Assembly (NCBI GenBank): GCA_910592345.1
Contig: CAJVPI010000156.1
Coordinates: 1-47,928, forward strand
DNA length: 47,928 nucleotides
Direction of reading: 5' to 3'
Source of the DNA: Paraglomus brasilianum
Lineage: Eukaryota
Shown: one piece after another, positions 1 through 20,425 of the stretch
How positions within the stretch are numbered: position 1 is the stretch's first letter
Layout: the number at the start of each line of letters is the position of its first letter
The notes under the pieces: generated by a model
Databases searched by the model: none
What the model saw: only the letters and a program-made list of their open reading frames with translations
What the model was told of the DNA's origin: nothing
Position numbers and translations under genes: made by a program

Positions 1-117
1 ATATAGAGGGGTTTTCCTATAAGTTCAATAGTAATTGGTTCTCAAACATGGTGTGCTTATAAAGAGGTTTTTATATGATGTACTTATAGAGGGGGTGACT
101 ATAAAGAGGGTTGACTG
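1..117. mobile_element. Right end of a pogo/Tigger-like (Tc1/mariner superfamily) non-autonomous element, cut by the window edge
   Basis: Ends ...GGGGGTGACTATAAAGAGGGTTGACTG followed by TA. This closely matches the right end of the element at 19527-20425 (GGGGGTGACTGCAGAGGGGGTCGACTG-TA). Confidence 0.7.
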
Positions 118-3100
118 TATTTGCAAATCTTGGTTATTAGCAGTTTACAATTTTTGAAACCTAACAATCCAATTATTACCCATATTACAACTATAACTGT
201 AAACAGAGATTAAAACGCGTTTTATTGCATAAGAAAAACTGTAGTTTGTTCTGTTACAAAATTCTTGAAGATTAGAACTTTGAAAAGGTATAAAGTTACA
301 ATCGTTATTTGGTACAATTATGCTCAATAACCATAAATGCAACAGATAAAGTTTTCGGTAATGTGATTCGAGTTTTAGCTAGTAGCCAGGTGAAACCATT
401 AACATGTAACAATGTGGGGAAAATCAAACCCTTTTGAACACATTGACAAAGAAGTTAACAAACGGCTTTATACCGATCATAATCTATATCAGCGAGGGAC
501 TTTTATCTTCTTTTCCATGTAACTAAGCGTTTTTATATTTACTCTACGTAGCGGTCACTGCTAACTGGACGATGTTTTAGTTAGCTCAATTAAGCATTTA
601 ATTCTCGTCAAGCCCAAACTTAACTAATTTAATCTGTGCCATTACTGGTCATATTGAATTACATCCCATTAGTATACGGATTATCAACTGAGAAATAAGG
701 CTGACTGTAGCGTTTCCAACCAAGTTTACAGGGTCTTGCTACACAATTCGGTGAATAATTCTAGGACTCGAAAATCGTAAGCCTCACAACAAATGTAGTC
801 GTGATTCTATCCTCGTCAGTCATACAATTAGCCGACATATGTAATATACTATTTGCATCTTCGTATCAATTTACTTCCGAATTCAAACTTTCCATAGTCT
901 CGAACTTTTTTTCCTTCTTAACATAAGTTTGTGTTCGTAATAATACTTTATGTTATTATTCTAAATAAATCATTGTTATTCACAAAAAGCAGCAAGTCAG
1001 ATAGCCAAAAACGACTGTTTCGTGACAATAATGTTTTAATGTAGATAAACCATGATAGACTCCACTGTTTGCAGTCAATGATCAATTAAATGCAATTTCA
1101 TGTATTACACGCTACGACCAGTGCGAGTTTATATACCACAGCTGGTTTGACATTATGACTAACAACTTGAAATACTTAAGTGATTAAAACATGCCAAAAG
1201 TTCATGAAATAATTCTAAAACTTGGATCGTGACTTTGACTTCTATTAACTACGTAACATTTAATTGTGTGAGATACACGTTGCTTCTCTACACATTTGAG
1301 GGTTGTATCAACGAAAAATTATACGCAGACAACAGTTATCTTATATCTAACTTGCCCGTAGTAATATTTCATTAATAGAATTGTGAATATAGTCAGAAAT
1401 ACAAAAAAAAACACCTCCCCCCAAGCATGCTGGAACAATTGATACAAAAAAGTAAAAGAAGAAGAAATAATTTAATAACATTGTACAAAATTGATGCCAT
1501 ATGAGTAACATATAATGTATCTACCACTGATTTACGTTTTTACTTAATACAGTAAGAAAAAATCTGCCATTCTTACTAATGTGCACATTTCTTATTAACT
1601 AAATTTGGCTTACAATATATCAGTAATATTAATGTTTGATGTACTATTACTATAGGATTTTTATTGCCAAAACCATAGTACAAAATTAATCTCATAATGT
1701 AGTCAAACAATTCAACAGATTATTTGACTCAATCGAATAAGACTACTACCATATATTTACCATTAGACGGTCCGATATAATTAATACTGATATGTATAGA
1801 CACATTAATAATTATCTTGCTTTAGTCTAAATAGCTTCAATAGACTCAATCTTATTAATATCTTTTTACATTTTAAAGTTTTTATCAATTCTCGTCTTTT
1901 TTTTTTTTTTGTAACTTTGCTAAATGCAGCACTATATTTACCCTCTTTAAATACAAACACTAATTTATTCAACGTTTATAAATGTAGACCATCATCCATG
2001 AATGCAACTCCCGGTCTGATTAAATCACAAACTGTACTGCTCTAGATCGTCACCTGACTATTTAGTTTCAGTCATGAGAAAATATCCTTTAGCAGATAAT
2101 CTAATTCCTTCACTGAATTGTTTGTGCCCAAGAAAGTCATTAGGTATAACAGTAATGAGAGTCAAGAAAAGCTGACTTTAGCAAAGCATTAAGATAGTAT
2201 CTAATTTCAATTTTGTACTACATCAAAATACTCTCTAGCTGGCTTAAATTGGTAAAAGTGTTTTTAGCGGTTTGCTATTTATATATGCAATGGTTTTCGC
2301 CAATCAAAAACGACAAGGGGCTTATAAGTTATGTAATGAGCTGTTTACAGAAAGTAAAATACACACAGGTATATCTTTTCATAGTAAAGGATGGATTTTG
2401 AAATAATTGCAAAAATAGAGCTGTCAGCCACCTGTCAAAGGTGACATTGTGACAGAAATAACAACACCACAGTAGATCTTAATTGACAGCGGACAATTGT
2501 TTACATGACGTCATTTCACAAGCTTAATTATAGAGACTATTTCAAGTATTCAGAGCCTGTTGCACTTGTCAAAGTAAACCGTTTTCCGGTCCACTTATAG
2601 TAAAGATAAACAAACATATTGTTACGTAAGGGTGGTTTGTGCGTGTGTCTTTTCCAAATATCAAGAAGTTACTGTGATTTACTCGTATGTGATAATATAG
2701 CGGTTAATCTGCCTTGTGTACGCCTGTTTATATGTGTACTCTGATTGTAGATGGCGAGTTTGTTTGTTGTATCGCGCAGATCGCGTCACTTACGCTGGAC
2801 AAGTGAAATCTGTAACATGCAGTTTATTTGACGGTGACATAAACCAAAACGGATAGTTATATGTATGCGTACATGTACATACGCATACCGATGTATACAT
2901 AGAGCATATCCATGCACGTTGCGTACTATGTTCATTGTAATATTCAGCGCATATTCAGCACACATTTCAGCCACATATACGTTGTGTGCGATAGATATTA
3001 CTCGTTATACTGTATATCGTGGTGGTTCATATACACCAAGTCTTTGCAGAACCGTCTTACCGATCAGGTGGATATGAGAACGATAGGAGAGCATTCTTTA

Positions 3101-4082
3101 TGTTACGAAAGGGAACGGCAGTGCATGGCAGCTAGTAAATCGGAAGATAAGTTGGGGTTGCAAATATATACAAACAGTTATAAAGTAATATAAACGGGTT
3201 AACGTGTGTATTGCAAATTGTAATCCCACGCTGATATATCACCACTGTTAAAATCAACTATGTCCAATTATTACCCCACGCATTTTGCTTGCAGTGTTTC
3301 ACTTGGTTGCTACAAGGCCAGTTTTGCTCTGTTTATGGGGGTACAACATATATCTCCGCTTTGATGTTTCCGCTGTGTAACGACTGTTCATATCAATGGA
3401 AAGATGTTTTAGTAAGAAGTAGGGAGGGCGTCAATGTTGAGATGAAGTCTGTCATGCCTATCTTTCTTGGAGCAAATAATATTAGCAAGCAAGCAATACG
3501 ATAACCGAATATTAGGCTGCCACGATGATAAGTAGTGGCATGGCAGTAGTTGATGCTGCACGATACAATAGAAATGATAATGCAATAATAGAACATAGAA
3601 TGGTTTTATATGTACATATTTTGACAGTCAAAAATATCATTTCCGCACCATCAGTTTACTTAATAGTTCCATCTATGATGATGATGATGATGTAGATTGT
3701 GCATAGAATCGCTGATAATGCCAGTGTACCAGATGTGTAATGACGGCATCATCATAGTTCATCTTGCTGATTATTTCATTTGTATCACAATATAATATTG
3801 TGATGTATGTTATATACATAAGTTCCTGTATATACGAGATTAGAGTTGATCTGTACAAAAAGGTAAATATCCAAGCATATGAATTAAGTGATACAATATA
3901 AATTGTACGTATTTATTTATTTATAATTACACTAATCGATTGTTATTGACTAATTAATTGTTATTGTTACTTGACCTATTGTTAGCAGTAGCACACATAA
4001 AATATAATAGTAATATATATATTATTATTATACCAAACAACCGTTATTATTTATACATGAGACAGTAATAATATAATGATAC

Positions 4083-4452
4083 ACTCTCCTCTCTGCTCTC
4101 TTTCTCTCTCCCTCTCTTTTTCTCTTTCTCTCTTCCAAATATCGACAAGCCCCGCCGCAATACTGATGCAGCCACCAATGTTTACGAGTGAGGGCTGGTA
4201 ACATTGTTTGAAGAAAATCGCTGCTACTCGCTTGACGGATTTCTGTCCACAATCCCTTTCATACTATCTGTACCTCCTGTAAGACCGAATCGTCAATTAT
4301 GTGGTAACCAATAACATGTTTCAATTCGAGCGACTGGATAAAGTTCTGTATATTATTGGATGAGGAGCATTTGCACTATTTATGTATATAAAATGGAAAA
4401 ATTTCGAACGTCGAACTAACCTCTTTTTAACCCCACAAATCCCAATCAATAG
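4083..4452 (+). promoter_or_regulatory. CT-rich tract and probable 5'UTR intron of the bHLH gene
   Basis: Pyrimidine tract at 4083-4136; candidate donors GTAAGA (~4259) or GTAACC (~4284); branch-like ACTAAC (~4415); TAG acceptor ending at 4452. No transcript evidence. Confidence 0.35.
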
Positions 4453-4744
4453 TCTCTGATGAGTTAAGTACGATAACAATCAGAGTTTACGAGTCCATAA
4501 TATACTTCTTGTATTGTCGCATCCCTCCCCACACACAACCAAGTTGCTTCGTCTCACAAAGTGTCAAATACAGTCGCTATCAATCCTGTTTACTATATAG
4601 ATTCGGTCACATCGACAGTTTGCACTTCTGTTTATTGAGCACAGTACGTCCTTGTTCACTCTAACATTCTACGCCCAAACAACTTTCTATACCGGATATC
4701 CCAAAATCACAACATATATATTTTGAAAATTTACGTCAATTACA

Positions 4745-7700
4745 ATGGAAACATATCCAACCATCATATCTTCTATATCAAATAACGACATGGATCTCCG
4801 ATACGAAGTCATAGGCTACTATCATGATTATCTCCTCGATCCAAGTTCGTCGTCTCAACAACATGGAATGGATACATCAGCCATTACCTATTCACAGCAG
4901 ATCGACGGTCATGAACGTCACGGACATGAGACTAATACGCAACACACGAATACAAACAACAGCACCGGTGTCAATGGGCACGTTGAGAGTCATATTGGTG
5001 GACACCATGTCTCTCAACAAGTGCCTACACACGTAAACGTCTCCCATGGGAATATGATCCATCCACACTACGACATAAGTGTGCACGATACCTATGGAGT
5101 GAATAGGGGCATGCTGCCTACGCCCGAGGGAAATGATGGGATAATTGTGGGGGACTATTCTCTAATGACAAACGAAACATTCAATCTGGATGGTTCAGAA
5201 TTCACGGAAGATGGGGTAAGTCGTTAGTTATTTCAATCTTCAGTGAAGGCGAATATGGTGTTTAAAATTAAAGAATGGAACCTCAGAACTGCTTGAGCAA
5301 ACGAATTAGAGATCAACAACATCAACATTATCTACATGTGAAATATTAGACCAGAACCACCCTCCCCTCTTCCTAAAGTCCAATATTAGTCAAGAAAATA
5401 CATGTCAGAGATCTTTTATATCGGATGGTTATTAGAACTTTGGATTCGGAATCGTCTTGAGGATATTCGACCGATGCAAAAAGTTCGAGTTTAAATTCTA
5501 GCCAGAATTAGTCCGTTTAAGCTATTATATAACGGGTTGGGATTTCACATGTTAAGTGTTCAGATATTCTTTTTATCTTAATTATTAATTATCAAGTAGC
5601 CATTTATTAATTTTTACAATTAATTTAATTGGATGATTATCATTGCACAACGTCATGCGTGTGGATGATCTGCATAAGATAATACAACGATTCTAACATA
5701 TACCGTTTCTCGACCAAATCTACACACTCTCTCCTACATTCACACAGCTCTTTCTTAAAAGCTCCGGTTCCACCGTCCTCAACGCTTCTTCAACAACCTA
5801 CACAGACTATGCTGCACACTTCCTTCTCTCCCCTACGAGTTCGCCAACCTTATCTCCAAATGAACAATTTTCAATGTCTTCAGACATCGCACCTAGTCTC
5901 AACTCCACAGTCCAACCAACAGCCATCCATCACAGCCCACAGAAAAACAAGACAAGATCCATCTCTACTACTCGTTCAAATCATAGGTATAATCCGGTTA
6001 AAGATAACAATAGGTCTACCGACCGACCTGCTGTATTGGCAGGGAGGGGAACAAAACGAATGTCGCAAGATGGGCACGATGGCAAAAGACAAAGAGTCGG
6101 ATTAAATGTTGATGGCCAAACTGATATGCAGATCGATGGACAGATCGATATGAGAGATAATAGTCAGATGCAGGAACTAGAAATGCATCAAGGACATATG
6201 CATGATCACTTACAGCGCACGGCTCGACGGCAACAAGTATCCCCACATGCCCAATCTGTTCATAATTCTGGCTCACAACAATTTCTTCCTCTTTCGTCCA
6301 CCGTTCAAATTTCACCAATTACTGCTGTACCGTCTCGTTCGACGCAGAATACCTCTCCTCAATTTCACGCAATTGCGCCTTCTCGCTCTGTATCATCTTC
6401 CTCTTCATCCTCGCCAATAGCTTCCACGCCTACATCTGTTCGCTCTCAAGATACTTCATTAACTCATTCTGATCAGATGCCCAATCTAAACCTCGGTGAT
6501 AACCTTGTGTCATCACTTGATCCATCGCAATTCGTTGCGCCAAGGATAGCGGACGGACCGAGCATGAGCAATATCGGGGAAAAAATTGATCCAATTACTC
6601 CATCGACTATTATGAAATTGAGAAGCGGGAAAGCTGAAAGTGGTAATAATGAAGGAAACGGATCGGCTGGCGTAGCGTTACCTAAAGGAGGTTTAGATGG
6701 GAAGAATAAAGGAAGTAAGCAAAAAAACGGAACAAATAACAGTGTTACAACGACCACCTCGTCTCAACAATCTCATGCTAGTAACCACGCGAATGCCACT
6801 CGTTCACCCGTCCAATCATCAAACCAGCAATCCATACAATCTGCTCAATCTCCAACGCAGAAACAATCACAAGTATACGTCCAACAGTCCAACAATTCAC
6901 AAATTTCCCAATGCCCAGCACTTGTAGTCCATACCTCGTCTAACACAACATCCATAAATGGACAACCCGTTATAGTAATTCCATCATCTGGCATTACTAT
7001 CTCACCCGCTCTTGCTCCATCCGTTGCAATGTCTCCTACGAGCAACATGTCAGGAATCAACGTGTCTAATTTAGGTAACGTTCAGGTAGTAGCAAGAAAC
7101 GTCATAAGAGGTTCTCCGGTTGCTTTGGGTCCCAAGAGTCCTCAATCGATGAAGCCGTTAATCAGCCCAAGTTTGAAACCAAAGTTGCCTGGTGTTACAG
7201 CTGATGAAATCGCAGAGCAGTTGGCGCAGAAATCGAATTATCAGAATATCTTGGAGGGGACTGCCCAGTACGTATAACGAGAAGAGGGGAAGGGGAAGAA
7301 ACGTACAACTTTTTCTTTTATGCTAATATTGTTTGTTTATTCTTTTCAGATCCCTCGGGATAAGCTATCCCTCAGACTTGCAATTATCTCTGGAATCACG
7401 CCGCACTACACATAAAGCTGCTGAACAAAAACGCCGCGACTCTCTTAAACAGTCCTTTGACGAGTTGAAAAAAGTTGTTCCTTACACGTCGTCGCTAGGT
7501 AATGGAATCAAGGCTGGAAATGCGGACCCGGCTAATGGAAAGGGTCAAGATGCTTCTTCAAAGAATGTCAGCAAGTTGTTCTTGCTGAAAAAAGGTGAGA
7601 ATAGGGAAATTGAGCAAATCTTGGATTTCAAAATACATTGTGGTTGTAACAAGGTGCATGCGACATATAACTAATTTCTAACCCTATTTTTTCTTAATCA

Positions 7701-7937
7701 CACCACTCAGCTCACGATTACATCGTAGAACTTCACAATAAAGTCATAGATAAGGACGAGACCATCCGCCAACTTCGAGAAGAACTCGCTGCCATGAAGA
7801 AACCTGTCGATGATGGTTTTCAAGAGTCTAATAGCGAGAAAGAGACTGAAAGGCATAGAGCTGAAGATGAGGATACTGTTATGGAGGTCGATCAAGAGAG
7901 TAATGCGAGCGAAGGGCATGATGAGAGCGATGGGTGA
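4745..7937 (+). CDS. PHO4: Pho4/NUC-1/PalcA-type bHLH phosphate-response transcription factor
   Basis: Exons 4745-5215, 5748-7267, 7350-7594, 7711-7937, all GT-AG and frame-consistent. bHLH: RRTTHKAAEQKRRDSLKQSFDEL...SKLFLLKKAHDYIVEL. It is preceded by KSNYQNILEG..LGISYP, typical of NUC-1/PalcA. SPxL motifs (SPTL, SPAL, SPSL) fit Pho80-Pho85 sites. Confidence 0.85.
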
Positions 7938-9682
7938 AGATGATGGTTGGTTTTTGCAAATGAGATGCGGTAAAGGAGTGTCTGTTTTCGGTTGTTAGAG
8001 AATATGGTTCTAATACTTCGATTTTATATAAGTCTTCTCTTTTTTTTTTCCTCTCTTCTTTTCTTCCTTCCTTGGTTGCATAATAGCAGCATTGATGAAC
8101 ACTGGCAATTTTTTGCAATTATGACTATCGCAAACAACTTTCGTTTATCTTCAATTATTTTTCGTTCGTTAGATAAGCTTTTTCGCCATATTAATCAAAC
8201 ATGAACTATTTCCTTATTTTCTACTAATCCAAGAATCATAATAATTCAATTTATCATAAGTTGTTTCTTTGAAACATGAAATGTATATATAAGATTACGC
8301 TCTACACTTTCGACTTCGGTGCAATTTTGTTTATATTTTATTTATTTTTTAACTTCGTTTTGTGATAACTAAGTTTAACGATGGATTGCTAGTCTTTCGT
8401 TCGTTGGCTTTTTTTCTGTATATACAAAGTTTTTCCTTATTTTCTATTTCTTTTGCTTTTATTTTAGTGTTCTTCTCATATTCCTTAACCTGTTTTTGGT
8501 TAAGGAACAAAAAAAAAAGATATACAAAAAATGTAAAATATGAATTGATGAAAAGCAGTACATATTAGATTTATAACTCTCGCTTGATCAAGAGATAATA
8601 CGCAAGGGGAGAGTAAAAATAAATATAGAAAAATTTACCAAGAACTTGAAGGCATGTGGGTAATTTACTGTATGACAATGATATGCAGAAGGCGCTTCTG
8701 TTATTATTTCCAAGTACGTCATATAAAATCTTCTGGTAACCATGTGGGAATAGCAGATGCCATAATTATACAATAATAGATATACCAGTATAGGGATTTA
8801 TAGAGACTTGTGCCATTATTATTATACAAGGTAGCTAATCACGTCTTTACTCATTAATTGTAAAAGACAAATACCTGCTGTCTCCAGTGACAAGACTTTT
8901 ATCCTCCCTCGTCAACGGCATTTATTATTACTTACACAATAGATAAATAACGAGCGTACCCTCTAAAAGTCACTTATTTTAGCATCATATACAGTAGTAC
9001 GAATTAGTGTTATTAAATTGTTACTCGATCATATCGCTTTATTATAGAATATAAGATCAACAGCTAAATAAATTACTTGTCAAATCAAGAAAAAGTCGAA
9101 ATTTACCCAAGAATTCCAGTTCTTTCAAACATCCAATATTTGTCTCTAGAACATATAAAACATATCAAAACCGCATGTTGCTTATTTCGAAGTTGAACTT
9201 CAACATCTCCACATGTTTCTAATTGCATAATTATCTTTGCGTGCCCTTTGGGATATATCGAATTAAAGGAGATCGTTATTATGCTTGGCAAAAAACGCGA
9301 TAATAGCAAAACGAAATAAAAATATTTTTCTACGGAATTTGGTTGGAATACTGTATGTGTGATGTCTCGAAAGTAAAACATCTGGCATTTGAGGACATCT
9401 GAGCGAGTTAAAATTTTACCAGTAATCAGGGTTTATGGTACACTTACTACACGCAGGGCAAAATTATTCAACCAAGTTGCAGTTCGGTGGTTTACTATCA
9501 AGAAAGCTGGCCATTGAGGACCATAGAGAAGTTATTAATATACAAATACGATGGCGGGTAGGGCGGAACTTTGTCCTGATAGGGAAATTTTTATCTATCA
9601 TTAAATGGGTGGGGGTTTTTTTAATCTAATGCTGACGATACAGAATATTTATTATGACAAGTAAGTCCTATTCAGCATGTAT

Positions 9683-10160
9683 ACAGCTTTACACTTCTGT
9701 TTATTGGAACACAGTCAGCACAGTACATCCTTGTTCACTCTAACATTACAACTTTTCTATACTGAATGTCCAAATAAACTGTATCTATATTTATGTCACT
9801 TTGTCTGCGTAAGTAACGCGAGATCTGCGCGATACAACAAACTCATTCTAATCCGTTTATATTACTTTATAACTGTTTGTATATATTTACACCCAAACTT
9901 ATCTTCCGATTTACTAGCTGCTATACTTGCTGCTCCCTTTCGTAACATAAAGAACGTGCTCCTATCGTTCTCCTTCGATAAGATGGTTATGTGAAGACTT
10001 GGTATCTATCGCACTAATCAATTGTTATTGTTACTTGACCTATTGTCAGTAGTTGCATACATAAAAATGTGTTATTATAATAATTATAATAACCCAAGTA
10101 TATACGAGACAGTAATAATAATGTTACTTTGCCTCTCTCTCTTCCAAATATCGATAAGCC
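9683..10160. repeat. Mosaic of four diverged copies of segments from 2756-4724
   Basis: 9683-9792 matches 4615-4724 (direct); 9796-9844 matches 2756-2806 (inverted); 9849-10006 matches 3031-3201 (inverted); 10013-10160 matches 3949-4152 (direct). Confidence 0.9.
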
Positions 10161-10907
10161 TGTAAACGAGAGGCACGAGGCAAGAACTTTTTGAACCACC
10201 CACGTACATTCGACGCGATTCCTCGCTGAAGCATCAAAGCAAAATATGCTGTTCCCTATTGTACCCTGGCTTATATTTTCTTGATGTTTTTGTTCCTTTG
10301 CTTTGCACCCTACTCACAACGAAATTGTGATTGTCTAATGATCTCTCGCTTGATGGGATTATAAGAATAAAATATAATAACTCCACTAAGCAAATAATGT
10401 TGAAAATAGGTTGCAATTATGGTTACTCAAAAGTGATTCCAAGAGAGAATTACATGCATTCAAGCTCTCTAGATCCGAGCAAGATGTATTTTTATATGAT
10501 GGAATATGGTCAGCGTTGCCTTTGAAGAGAAAATCAATTTCAGAAAAATAAAATGTCATGTCATGTAAATGAACAGGAAGCAATAGAATTTGAAAAAGCA
10601 AGGAGCGTTCGTTTATTCAATGATTTATAGCAAAGACACTTATTACCGTTTAATTGTCTTTGTGTCCATTGAAATTATTAAAAAACAAAAATCTCATAAC
10701 AAACATGCAGAATTTGAATGCACAAAATGCTCTTCTAGTTAATAATGCCATCACAACATATTATTCGAGCGAATGCTTTCTTACAATTTATTAGAAAAGT
10801 CTATTCTCACATTAACCGATTTTCTATAATTATTGTCCCCTATGGTCACATGCTGCTAAAGTTACTATTATCCTCTTATGCATCTTGTTCTTGCTTTTCT
10901 ATACATT

Positions 10908-18420
<7,513 letters not shown>

Positions 18421-19026
18421 TGTAAGTGCTATGCGTGTGAGTATTGTCGGTGCGTGTTGTCTTGCGTGTACGTAGGAAGTTGGCGAGAGTATGATTAGTT
18501 ACACATCAGGAATTGCGTTTGTAGGCCGGAGGGAAAAAGAAGTTAAATGAGTTTAAGGAGTGAGACTGAAGGATTAGCTCTATATTAAGTGGTACAAATG
18601 TAACACAACGTAAGACAATATGATAAATAAGGAAGGATGTCATAGTGTAATACATGTATAGTTATAGAGTTGAAAGGATGTTGGGTGAAGCCTTGACTAT
18701 GCATGAGTAGATCTGAATGTGATGTGAATTCTGTGTGATACTAGAGTCTGTATTTTTATTATTTTTGAGCTGATATGGTCACGTGATGTAATATAATTGA
18801 TTATCACATGATTAAGTGCCAAAATTATCAATATTAATATCAATATTGATGGTTGAAAAATAACTTATTATATGCTCAACTATTAATATACCTGTTTCAT
18901 AACAGTATTACTACTTTAATTATTTTTTAAAACTTAATAGTAAAACATGTGTACTACTACTATTGCTATATACAGTATATATTAATATACATAAAGCCAT
19001 AATCATAACAACAAAATTTTTGAGAG

Positions 19027-19027
<1 letters not shown>

Positions 19028-19075
<48 letters not shown>
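19028..19075. repeat. (TTA)16 microsatellite
   Basis: Perfect trinucleotide run. Confidence 0.95.
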
Positions 19076-19077
<2 letters not shown>

Positions 19078-19526
19078 CTGATACATTGTAATTACAATTT
19101 ATAGCTATTCTCATCTACATATTAATAACTTTAATGTGCTGTTAAATAAATTAGTTTACATTCACTCATGAAAATGTTGGTATTAGTACAATTACTATCA
19201 GTATTAGTATTATTACTTATTATTATTGTTACTGCCATAAGTTATTATTATTCAGATAAACTACTCACACTAACACCTGTTTATTTGTATGCTGTTGAGA
19301 CTAACGAACTTTTATGCAAATGTAAATAGACAGAATAGTGTTTCTGTTAAAGGAAAATTAGAAACCCTAGAAATTTATGTCATTCTTGTTGCAAATAATT
19401 TAGGAATTATACCCAGTGTATAGACTATTATTATTATGTCAAAAGATTTGTGAATATGAAACAAAGTACAATCGATGAAAATAAAGAGATTGCGTTGTTG
19501 CTTTTTTTAGAATACGTATGCATATA

Positions 19527-20425
19527 CAGTCGACCTCACACAGTCGGGACCAGCCAAAGTCGGTGACTGTAAGGGGGGGGGTGACTGTATAAAAAGAATT
19601 CATTGTGAATCGGCTACTATAGGTTAGGGTCACGTATAACAAAATTTTTATTAATGAAAACAGTACTTTACAGAAACTTGCATTTTTTAAAAATGTCTCT
19701 ATGAGATTTGCAGGACGTTGTGCTGATAACCATGTGACATTTACAATCAGAAAATATTGCAATCATCTCATCGTGATGTCACCAACAAATTGTTAAATTT
19801 CTATTAGTATCCTGGCGATCTTGTCACGAGATTCTGCTAGATTGTTCAACTTCGTAAAATTTCCATGCATTCCCGAAATCTCGTGGGCCATCTTCACGAT
19901 ATACTAAAATTAGAATTCTCATGGCGATCTCATTACGTGATGCCTGTTAGACAGTGGTGATCTTATTCTGATGTCACAGAGAGATTTATAAAAACTACAG
20001 GTTTCTGTAAAGTATCTTGTATATAATTATGACCCAGAAGTTATTTTGTGAAATAAAAGTCGATTTTCTGTTGACGTTTTAATTGAAATTCTTTGAGACT
20101 AAGCAAATTCGAATATTTACGAAAAATGAGTAAATTGTCAACATTAAAGTCAGCGTCAAACTGCTGTTCGAAATATCTAATATAAATAGTGGTTTCCAAA
20201 CCTATTCTAGCTTCTTTTACCAGTGTTACACAAATATGTGACTGTATAGGGGGTTTTTATATATAGACTTCATGGTGATGGGGATCCAAATCGTGTGACT
20301 GTGACTAATACTATGAATGTGACTCTATAGGAGTAAAATCACTATGAAAAAAACTGGGACCGAACAAATGTGTGACTATATGCAATTGTGACTGTATAGG
20401 GGGTGACTGCAGAGGGGGTCGACTG
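19527..20425. mobile_element. pogo/Tigger-like MITE
   Basis: TA|CAGTCGACC...GGTCGACTG|TA; subterminal GTGACTGTA/GTGACTATA repeats and a GGGACC motif near both ends; no transposase ORF. Confidence 0.8.
19666..20012. mobile_element. Second MITE nested inside the 19527-20425 element
   Basis: TA|CTTTACAGAAAC...GTTTCTGTAAAG|TA. The 42-bp terminal inverted repeats match at 35/42 positions, and the first 12 bp are perfect. Confidence 0.75.

Noticed and set aside
5216..5747. Long first coding intron of the bHLH gene as a C/D snoRNA host
   Set aside because: Only partial box C-like words and no properly placed CTGA box D or terminal stem.
9103..9381. 92-aa minus-strand ORF, and the nearby 10331-10525 ORF
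   Set aside because: No domain motif, no ATG start and no supporting exon structure.
18780..18785. Other CACGTG boxes (18780, ~27445, ~42867, ~44523) as a PHO regulon signal
   Set aside because: A handful of 6-mers in 48 kb is compatible with chance, and most have Cbf1-like T flanks or no nearby phosphate gene.
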